Shown here: positions 1-11,400 of the stretch, piece after piece
How the letters are laid out: each line of letters starts with the position of its first letter
Position numbering within the stretch: the first letter of the stretch is position 1
DNA from: Lingula anatina
Taxonomy: Eukaryota; Animalia; Brachiopoda
Direction of reading: 5' to 3'
Length of the DNA stretch: 64,000 nucleotides
NCBI GenBank assembly: GCA_051362555.1
Contig: CM120642.1
Span: 26,722,001 to 26,786,000, forward strand
Translations under genes and position numbers: made by a program
The notes under the pieces: generated by a model
Database searches by the model: none
Seen by the model: the letters and a program-made list of their open reading frames with translations, nothing else
What the model was told of the DNA's origin: nothing

Positions 1-264
1 CATGAAGGAGATTTTTTGAAAAATACCAAAAGTAAAACAATGCATAGATTATTTTAAAACATAGCGCACATTTAGAAACTTTATTTCATACGTACATACT
101 GCAATCATTTCAACTTTTTCTGATGGTATGACTTGACGGACCCTTTTTTCCTTTACATTTAAAGTTTGCCCGTTATTATTATCATTATCACTGTTGTTAT
201 CATTATCATTGCTATTGTGATTATCGTCTTCATCCTCATCATAATTTTTTCATTACCTTTTCAG

Positions 265-698
265 GGCATTCATGGAGGCGACGAAGGCTGCACAAACACC
301 AAACTGGATCTGGTATTCGTCCTGGACGAGTCCAGTAGCATCTGGGGCCCCGATTTCAAGGCCCAGCTGCAGTTTTTATCCCATATCACAGAAGACTTTA
401 GGATAGGCCCAGATGCAACCCAGATTGCCGTCCTGACCTTCTCTAACCGCGCCACGGATCACTTTTACCTGAACAGATACAACACGGCCGAGGCCCTGCA
501 AAAGGCCATTGTCGGTAGGTGAAGGATAATGTTCAATATTATGGTATTTTAGGGTGTGGTAGTGTTAGTTTCATATGTCATCTTATCTGTGTGTGTTAAT
601 TTGTCACCGCAGTTTGTTAATTTATCGTTGGCTTGATCCTATTCTCTTTCCAGCAACACACAAACACACACAAACACAAACACAGACACACACACATA

Positions 699-754
<56 letters not shown>

Positions 755-1948
755 GCAACATTTAGGCCTTCTGTCTTTCGTTTGGTGTGTTTCCAATGAT
801 CTCTGAAACTGAAGGCGCCGTTTTGGCTGCCTCAAAGTCTTGCAGGATGTGTTCCAATGCGCCGGATCTGCGGAGCAGAAAACAATCCATCCTGATGTGA
901 GGTACCATTTTCTAAAGATGACCATTTACGCCATGCTCGTCAACATAGTTTTTGTCATAATCTTCAGGTATTAGACAGCAGGGTGGTGGAACCTACACCA
1001 ATAGAGCCCTTGATAGGATGCGAGAGCGGTACTTCCTTGCTGCCAATGGAGGCAGGCCAGGTGTCCCCAAGCTGGGTATTATCATTACTGACGGTGCATC
1101 CCGCGACAAGGCCTTGACCGCAGCAGCGGCAGCAGAGGTGCGATGAAAATATTTAGATGTCATTTCATGACCATTTATGTTTGATAGGCCTAAACTTTTT
1201 AAATAGTTTTTGACTGTTTTAGCTCCCATGAAACAGTGGTCATATGAGACCAAAATAATGCGATATGGTTTCAAAAAAAAATATATATATAAATAAATAG
1301 ATAAATAAACAAATAAATGATATAAAATAATAATAATAATAATAAATCACCTGAATACCCGTAAACTTGTAGACTAGACATTTCTTCTTTAATACAATTT
1401 GTACCACACATGAGTAAATCATGAAAGCGAACCGAATCCACCTGGGCCGTTTTAGAAGGTCAATTCAAAGCAAATATACAAATCGGACGAGTGTAGTTTA
1501 AAGGGGTGATTGTTGGATCATAAGAATGAAAAAGCCCCAACCTGTTAGCCATGGTTCCCGTGTCATTACATAGGCCTATGTTTTTTCTCTCTCATTCGCA
1601 TAATATAATAGATCACCTTTATTGATTGTAATTATACCATGCCTCCAAGTCTGCAAAATGTCAATATAGAACTTTTAATAGGTGTACTTAAAAATTAAAT
1701 ATTATATTAAATATATTTTTACCTCCATCGTTTAAGATATTGATTATATTGATTTTGTTGTCTGAAGGCTCGCGCGCAGAACATAACTTTGGTGGCCATT
1801 GGTGTCGGTGCCAATATTGGTCGCGAGGAACTGAACTTGATAGCCAGCGAGCGCAAGGGAAAACCCGGGGATAAGTACACATATACTGTGGAGAATTACG
1901 AAGCCCTGGACAGCATTCGAGTCGAACTATCTAAGGTGACTTGTGAAG
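265..1948 (+). other. Gene 1 N-terminal von Willebrand factor A domain (3 exons), intact MIDAS
   Basis: [13 protein letters not shown] ... [10 protein letters not shown] ... [17 protein letters not shown] ... LVAIGVG ... ELNLIAS, with flanking cysteines. Confidence 0.93.
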
Positions 1949-4900
1949 GTGAGTAGGATCATGAAGGTATTAAAACTATATAGTCGTCAATCAATAAAGT
2001 TTCATATATCGATAGCTTAAGAAAAATGAACTGAAGTTAACCAGCCATTTTTGTCTGCTGACAGTTAGACTTCATCAGGGTTATCACTGCATTCATTTCC
2101 CTGATGAAGTCTGACTGCATTGTTTAAATTCAAGATGTGCATGCAGTGACAGCTAATTGCCTCTTTCTTATCACAGACCTCATTATTTTATTAATTGGAG
2201 AATTTCAGCATTTCTGATGAGCATTAATATAGTCAACATGTGCATGAACTGGTGTTCGTTTTGAATACCAACACTGTTTATAAACGTGGATAGGACACAT
2301 GTGTAAATATAATCAACTCGTTCCGATTTCGTTTCAAAGAACCGGCAAAATGGAGCCCATGGACTCCTTACTCTACCTGCAGTAAGACATGCGGGGACGG
2401 TAGCCAAACCAGAACCAGAACATGTCCAAAGCCCGGAAAATGTCCAGGAGCGGCCGAGCAGACCAGGCCTTGCAATCTGAGACCATGCCGTGAGTAAATG
2501 AAAACAAGGGAATATATAGCGCAATCATTTCCTTGGCATTTTGGTTTGTGCTTGCACTCATAACCGCTAGGTGGCGATAACGTACATATAGCACTAAGGT
2601 GACATTCTCGAAAATTCGTTTGTCAGATTCTGGAGCTGAAGTTTGAAAGTTATTCCGTACTGACGCATGGGGTAATACGAAGATTTGCGGGCAACGAATT
2701 CTCCAGAATGTGCTGCCAACACACCCACCAATCTTTAACTACATTGCTACTGCTTTAACTGTTGAATTATGTTCTGTGTTTGCGGAAAGAGTTCAGTCAC
2801 GATAAGAAAGGTGAATTTTCCCCTTTAATCAGTTTATTCATGCTTCACTGCTTCCCCACCGATTCTTTTAACTAATTAACGGAAGTTAAAGAAACCTGAA
2901 AGTGAAATAAAATAACATTCACTGCGGGTATTTACGTTATAATGTTAACCGTTTGCATGGATCACACACACACACTGGCCCCCTATGTCACAATAACAGA
3001 TGTTCTTAGTTTTAAACGGTGATCAGAGATAAACTTAGGGCACTGTAAATTGCATGACTGTGCACATTTTTCCCTTGTTCAATCTTGACAGAGCCGTTTG
3101 GGCCCTGGGGGGAATGGGGACCGTGTAGTCAGACATGTGGCGGAGGCAAAAGAGAAAGAGCAAGACCTTGTCTCCTCTTGGAATGCACGCCTGAAGACGG
3201 GGCACTTTATCAAGCTACTTTTTGTAACGAGAGACCGTGCCGTAAGTATACAGTACTTCACCTCACGTGTGCGCCACCTTGCAGCGAGGGAAGGCATGGG
3301 GATAGGTCGCATTGTTTGAATTGCACATTTGAAGCACCGTACATCCTATTTGTTAGCATTTTGACTTTTCATTGGGATAACCGTTATGATATGCATCCAT
3401 TGGAAAACGAACTTTCTTCGTTAATTATAATGCATGTTGGTCTAACCATTTAATCATTTGAAATGCAATTATTGAAGTATTGCTTACTGTCAGCGTGTAG
3501 TTCAATACTGTAATATTCATCCTGCTTACACTCGATCCTGCAAGTAGGCCTATAATGGAAAATTGACTGCTGAATTAAAACTCAGTGCTGCATAAGGTAG
3601 AATACTTATATAACTTTGCTTTATACTTCAGTATTAATCTTTCTTGTAACAAAACAATATAATTCTGCATGACCAGCAAAAATATCTTTACCTTACAAAA
3701 CATGTCGATCTTTTTTTGACTTTGTGACCATTTTTCATGATGTTAAATTTTGTTCTTCCAAATTGAACGCAAGGTGCGTGTCCGATTTAACTGTGAGTGT
3801 TGACTGCGTTATGTTGTGTGCTGACGGGGTTGATGCGATTCTAATTCGTTTATCTTGGGTGCTTTTGGGTGTGGTCGTCTGCGGGTTTTTAGGGTTATCA
3901 TTGTGTTCTTTTGAGTCTCGTGGCTTGAAGAAACCAGTTTTCGAGGTGTTCCAGATTTGCAGGACCTCCTAATCCATAACTGTCCGCAACCCAGTAACCG
4001 GAGTTTGATAACAGTTTTCTTTGGGGCATTTGCTAACCGTGCGACCTAACAGCTATCATCTGTATTGGATAATACTGGAATGAACGGTAAGAAATGAGAC
4101 TTTTTGAAGTTTTATTAAATTTAACTGACGCAACATTTGCGTAGCGTAACATCCTGTTTGGAGGACTCGATATTTACAATATTACTTGCGTGAAGTACAT
4201 GTAGCTTGACTTTGCTAGTCGTATGGAACAGTCTCAAAGAATGCGAAAATATGTATGTTGTACAATTGAAAAAGTTAAAAGATAAAGAACAAATATGTTT
4301 GCAGAAACGGAGACTCATTATATGTTCAACTGTATAATTTTAGGATCGAAATCAAATATATCAAAGGAACAGGAAAGAGTCTCTGTCGATTATTTGCAAC
4401 TCAGCGACACTCCGGTTGATACAATACGGAACAAAGGTATTACATTTAGTTTTAAAAAATGTAATTAAAAACAACAATGATGCTGATATGTGAATTTAAC
4501 CTTACATCTCTATTGATCTGAAGATTTCTAAAATGCACAGCAATACTACTTTCACTTATAAGCTAAAGAACCGTGACTCTGTTTTTAGTATTGGCCTCAT
4601 GGACCGCCTGGTCTGAATGGACGGAATGTTCGGTCACGTGCGATACAGGGCAGACGACAAGGTCACGTGACTGTCGTAACGGAGTCCCATCGACCGACTG
4701 TCTCGGGGACTCGATAGAGGTCGGAAATTGTAGCAAGCGTTTGTGCGAAACAGGTAAATAAAACGTTTTTTAATAACTTATTGACACGATGATACTTCTA
4801 ATGAATTTTTGAATTGACCCAAAACATTGATCGCAAAATTCGCAGAATTAATTTCTTTTTTAAATATCCATTGACACGAAGATGCTACAACTGATGAATG

Positions 4901-7900
4901 TTTGATTTAACCCAAAACATCGATCTCAAATTTCTCCACATTAAGTACATTTCCAAATTAATTACATTTCAAAAGAATATTGCTTTCATTAAACACTGCT
5001 CCAAAAAGGGTGTGCTCGATAATTCAGAATACATCAAAAGTTTTAACGTTTTTGTTACATAAAAACTGATTTCTACTTTCTAGCTTGGTGGACGCAGTGG
5101 AGTCAGTTTGGCTCTTGCTCTGCCACGTGTGGGGACGGTGTGAGAGCCAGACGACGTGACTGTCATGGCGGGATAGCTGGAATTAACTGCACTGGGCCAA
5201 GCTGGGATGAACAGAAATGCAACGAGAAAATATGTGGTAAGTCAGTCGTACCGAACGATATAAAAAATACGAATTTGTCTTTATGTTGAATTCAAACCCT
5301 GAGACATCCTGGTGGCAGAATATTTGTTTTAAATTTCTAAAACAGTAAATAGAGTCAAACTGTGACAGCTATTATTGCTCTGATATGTACACCAATTCAA
5401 CAGGCCAAATTTACTAACCACGGTAAATATTTCTATCCCCCGCATTGTCCCGCCCCTTGCCATTGTAATCTACATGAGTTACGTGCCTTGGGGTTAGCTT
5501 TCAAAAAAGTTAAAGAATCATAACCACACAGTCTATGGAGGAAGCATATACCAAGGAAAACCGCCAGGGCTTGAGTTTAATCGCAGTCTTATATGTTACA
5601 ATGTTTCACGTGGCTTTAGCAAAAGCGTCCATTTCCTTGTCGTACAATCTATCAAGGGTCGCTACAGGATATTCCCTTCCTTTAAAGACATGATCCCAAT
5701 CAGAGAAAAATGGAGATGACACTGATAAAAGCAATACAGTAACAAAAAAGTAGTTTGCTTTACTGAATATGATGATGACTAAGTCTCTGTAAGATACTAA
5801 GTCTAGAATGTTCCCAATAGCGTTTTGTCTTCGTATTCAAAACGACTGACGCAGCAAGAAAGATACCGCTTGCTTGTGGAAGATGCTCACTTCTGTCATA
5901 AGCACTCAAAATGATAGGACACGTATATATCACCAGCCTTCATTTTTTGGCGTTTTCTTTAGTGGCTGCGTGGAAATCATTTCAACCCACTGGTAAGTAA
6001 ATTATATCTGCATTCATGGATTATTTAGCCAACGCCCAACTTAAGTTGAAGATTAGTGGATGCAATTCAGTATTAAGCTAGATACGGGTAATACTGATCA
6101 GAGATTGTGGCAAAATGGATTTCGAGTCCGGTTCTCGAGAAAATATAATGTAGTAGAGGGTAATTACCGATATATACATGTACATTTGAAAGTTACTCAA
6201 GACAAACCGTTAATGAAGGTTATAGATACTTGTAATACATAAGCGACACCTATAATTGTTTCAGAGAAGTAAATTTTTGTATATCAGCAAAACGTTAAAT
6301 GGAAAACGCAACTCTACAACTATTACCGAGAGGGCGAGGAAGGAGCCAGAAAACTGACATATGGATAATGTACACTTTTATAACGATTAAATGGTTGGCA
6401 CGATAACGAAGAAAACCGTTTAAGTTTGCAACGTGTAGCCGCCATTGTTGAGTGGGAGTTACATTTAGAGAAACCGGAATTTGTATGTTTGCCCATTTGA
6501 AGTCTTAAAACTGAATATACGGCGTCTAGAACTATATACAGGTGTATATTGTATCCATCAAATTATCCGTTTAACATGCATTGGTTGCTGAGTTTTATTT
6601 GCTTGTTTTATCTTTGGCCATTGTGTTTATGATTTTCAAGAACTGTGGAATATTGTCCAGTTTGACGTCACACGGCGGCAGAGAAGACTGTCACGTGGTC
6701 TCGATTCAGTTGCTTCTCCTGGGCAATGATAAAGGACAGTGCCTTTGATGAGCAATTTGAAGCGAGCACACGCTTAATTCAACTCGTCTTGAAGATGCTA
6801 TTAAGAGAAAGTGAAATGAATTTGAAACAGCACTGCTGTACTATTATGGTATTATATTATGGCGCAACGAAAAAACGATGCCAACATTATTCTTTACCAT
6901 AATGATTATGCAAAAATATGGTAAAATCATAGTAACCCAAAGTCGCAAAGCTGTGTGTTCATATGCTGGAATTGAAATTCTTCTCACCCGCACATTTGGA
7001 ATACTTGGGCATTGTGTCACACACCGTGTGTTATGTAATGCAGGAGCGACGGCAAAGATTGTTGAACCAAGTTGGCATGGCCCCCGTGGCCATAGTAATT
7101 TGTTATGACAAAACCAATAAACTTTTAACCAAATCAGTGAACCATACAGACGTGCCAGAAAAACATACAAAGTTATTTTATTCTTTAAATGTATTTCAAC
7201 TTTCTATAACAGGAAAGTGATTAAATCATCAACTGCTGGTACCAAATGACAAAAGAAAACAAATCTAAATTGATTAACTAAATTGCCCGTTTGTTTAACT
7301 GAATGAAATAAGTGCGCAATTATAAAACCACCAAAGGATTATTCTAAGCATTAGAATAGCACTTAACGTTAATCTGTTGCCGATCTTGGATAATGGTACT
7401 GAACAATTTAAAGTTCATCCCTCTGAAAAGACGTTGGCATCGAAACGAAAACCATTTGGTTAATTTAATGATAATGTACTGAACCATACTCCTGCGACCG
7501 CCCGTTTTACTGTTTTATTATATAAACTTAAATAGTGTGAATTTTTATGTGAGTTGGTAGAAGTGTAACTTTTGAATATAGAACTTAATTTATTTTGTCC
7601 CTCTAAGAATTAATAAAATATAATTCAAATATTTTTCTAACACGAACTTCGGACTGTTTCAGCTGTATGGAGTGGCTGGGGGCCGTATGGAAGTTGCTCA
7701 GTCACCTGTGGACGGGGAGAAGCCCTGGGTACACGTAAATGTATTGGTGGGTCCTCCCCCCAGGACTGCCGCGGGCCAGACAGGAGAGCAAGACCGTGCA
7801 AGAGGCAGTCGTGTCGTAAGTGTACAACGATATGTCTTTGTTGGTGATTATGAAGATATGGTTCTCCGCAATTAGCATCTTTTTGATTTTGTAGTCGTGC

Positions 7901-8410
7901 AATGTATGTCCTGGGTGCTCAAAAAGTGAATGATTTTCGATATGTCCTGATACAGCATTTGGGACAGTTTGACAGTTTTTAGTCGAGAGTTGGCTAGATA
8001 TAAGCATATATATCAGAAAAATATCCTAAAAACAATTATACTTTTACGCAATTGTAAAAATTAAGGATGTCAATGTCGAATGTTCATTTGAAAACTCTTA
8101 GGGAAATTTAATTTACATTGCCTACATTATCATTTGAAAACAACCGCAAATGTATGGCAAAATGTGTTGTGAAAATAGGCAACTGCTTTCTCAGCGTTTT
8201 TTTTCATTGACTTACAACATCAACTAAAACGTTGTAGCAAGTATCAATAAAATCATACATCAAAACTGTTGCATAATGGTAGCGCAGAATTTTTTTCAAC
8301 TGAACGGACGTCGTTGAGACACCTCAACCCATTTAGAAGTGTGTGTAGAGAATGGCGCACGCTGTTTTATCCAGCGCAATAACTTGGTGGTTGCAGTTTT
8401 CACACTTTGC

Positions 8411-8443
<33 letters not shown>

Positions 8444-11400
8444 GAATTTTTAATTTGTTTTCTAGCTGAGTGGACCCAGTGGAGTCATTTTAGTCAATGC
8501 TCAGTGACATGTGGCAATGGAGAGAGGAGCCGTGTTCGGACATGTATTGGAGGAGAAGCAGGTTATAGCTGCCGAGGAGATGCAACTGAATATATCGAAT
8601 GTAATCAAAGGCCATGTTGTAAGTAAAGTGGCTTTCGACCTATATAGTGAAAACCTGATTAAGCACAATATCTGCATTGGCTATCAATGTTACTACATAG
8701 CACAATGGTTTTCAACTTGACTATCGATTCCAGCACAATTTGTATCCACTTTAGGTCGATTACAATCACAAGCACAGCTACTATGATCTCAAGTGCAGTG
8801 TCTGTAATCTCAAGTACACCCAAAAATAATAGAAAACGTAAACGTCTTGAAAACGAGTTAAGCGACTGCACTGGCGATATTGTTTTTTTTTTTTTTTTTT
8901 TTATTTCGATATCAGAATTATCAAAACCATTTTCATGGAAGAGTGCACGCTTTGTTACTTATGGTGAAACAGCCCTAACTATTTACTGGTGTTCTTTTAG
9001 CAACTTGGAGCCAATGGGGTGAATATAGCTCATGCTCGGTGTCGTGCGGAAAGGGCCTGAAGGTTCGGAAAAGGAAGTGCGTCTACGGCAGAATTGGTTC
9101 TGACTGCCGAGGAGAAGATAGGCAGCAAAAGTCGTGTCAAGCGGGGTCTTGCGGTTGGTATCTATTACTGAAAGCAAATGACTTTGGCAGCTACACAGTT
9201 ACACTTAATTGCTTAGAGATAAATCCGGAGATCAAGGCTGTGAACACTACAAAATATTTTCAATCTAATTCAGTTCAAATTGGATTTTAAAGGAAACCTG
9301 GTGTTGTAAATTCAAAACATTTGGCATAAGACAATCATGTACAAAATGCTGTAGCCGTTATGTCTCCACTAAGGGTATGACCTTACCAACAAATCAAACA
9401 AAAATCTACCTTACAGTGGTCATATATAACATGAAATACATCATTACTACAAAGGGGACAGCACACTGTGCATTGTAAAGGTAGATTTTAATCCCTTTTT
9501 TTTTTTTGCAGTTTGAAACAACTGAAGGTTGGTTTCAAATTTTCCGGAAATATACTAGTACTTTTTTTGCCGCTGATCACTTCCCAAAAATGTGACTAAA
9601 ATGCGGTTTATGAGAACGAAAATTGTGGTTTAATTTACAGAAATACACGCAGAAGACCTTCGAGTTGGCATGGGGCCACTGTGCCCAGATGGAATTTCTT
9701 CAGATGGGACGTGTATCACCCCAGCTGTTGAAAGCAATTTAAGTGACCAATCACCGTGTAACACGCAACAATGTAGTAAGTAAAGCTAGCCGCCCATTGG
9801 ATTTTTAGTCAACGAGGTAAAAACGTTCCAATAATGTTAGTCCTTCTATTTGCCAGCGTTGTAAATAAAATGCTATCAACATCATTAATATATGTCTATA
9901 GCAATATTTATTTTGCTGTGGTAGAAGTAGTATATCTTCAGCAGTGCAATTAAAAGACCAAATATACTGGTATGTCACTCGTTTGTAGCAATCAGTGCGT
10001 TTGTTTCAGATATATGGGGGGAATGGAGCTCTTTGCGATCTTGCTCAGTGACATGCGGAAATGGAACTCAGTCCCGAACACGAGTTTGTGAGGACATTGA
10101 AAATAACGTTCAGTGCAGTATACGACAGACAGATGTAAGATCCTGTAATGAAGGGGCATGCCGTAAGTCTGTGTGAAGCATTTGTCGCAGGGACCGGGGT
10201 TTAGTGAGCTGGTAGGCGTGATATGGAATAAAAAAAGCTCGTTTTTATGTGTTGGGTGAAAGGATATGAGTGAACATCGTTTCAAGGACATATTTTGTTC
10301 TATATGAAAACGTTCAACGAAAATATCATTGGTCACATTGTCAAAATGGTGTACTATTTCCGTAAAATATATAGATCTTTAGCAGATAGTGAATTACTAA
10401 TATATTTCAACTAACCTCCTCGTATGCATAAATATTTTTCATATTTCAAATAATTTGCTTTTATACATATTATCATCTGAACGTTTGGTGTGTTGTGTAA
10501 GTATAACTTTCTTTCAAATCAACACTGATTGCAGTCATATATACACTACACCTCTTTGTAATACCAACGTTTTCTGTAATGGCAGAATAATAAGTTAAGC
10601 ACATCTGTCTTTAATTAAATAACTATTTGCACAACTTTTAACTTTTCAATATTGACTAAAGTGAACTTACCACACGTCTGTTTTGATAATTCCACTTTTT
10701 TTATCATGCACAGTCTTTAATAATGTAATACACAACAATGTAATACACGGGAAACACGTTATATTGCACATCAGCACCCACACCACACCCACAGTTAAGT
10801 ACGTATGCTGAGAGAACTGTGGCCACACTTCTGTTCATATCACCCACCTTTTACCCCCGCAGCCGCATGGACCGCCTGGACTCCTTACGGCGCATGCTCA
10901 GTGACCTGCGGGTCAGGGACGCAGGTTCGATCAAGAAGATGTGAGGAGGGAGTGCCTGGAGTAGATTGTCCAGGGAGTGAGAGAGAAAGCAGGCCATGTA
11001 ACCTCGGGTCCTGTAGGGTTCCAGGTAACAAAAATATTAAAAGTCAGAGTTGATGCCAGGCTTAGTAGAGTATTTAAGCGCATGTACGAAAAAAATAAGT
11101 TCCAGGTAGGTTTGATTAAGGCAATGAAAGTAACACATAGTTTTCTTCCCTTCAATCTGGAAGCAGCTTTTGGGATGTTTGGCGATGGCAGCAAAGGGCC
11201 TGCATAGAAAGCATGTGCTAGTTTGTAACCCAGAAGTAAAATCGGTATCTGTGCATTTAGAAATTCACTACCGATGTCATGATTTTATTATACATATTAG
11301 ATTAAGAAGTTGCATGGGTACATGTAGTTCAAACAGCGCCAGGGTAGGTGTTACTCGTAGAGGGAATTTTGTCAGTGTGCATGAAATAAAGTCCAACGAA

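Noticed and set aside
166-264. Very hydrophobic Ile-rich N-terminus of ORF 166..522 as a signal or TM segment
   Set aside because: It is an intronic (ATT/ATC)-type low-complexity tract before the acceptor at 264; the paralogue's vWA exon starts in the same phase after a separate signal exon
3720-7200. GC-richer intronic patches (~3780-4100 and ~6300-7100) as genes or named transposons
   Set aside because: Probably old repeat fragments, but I could not identify termini, TSDs or protein motifs
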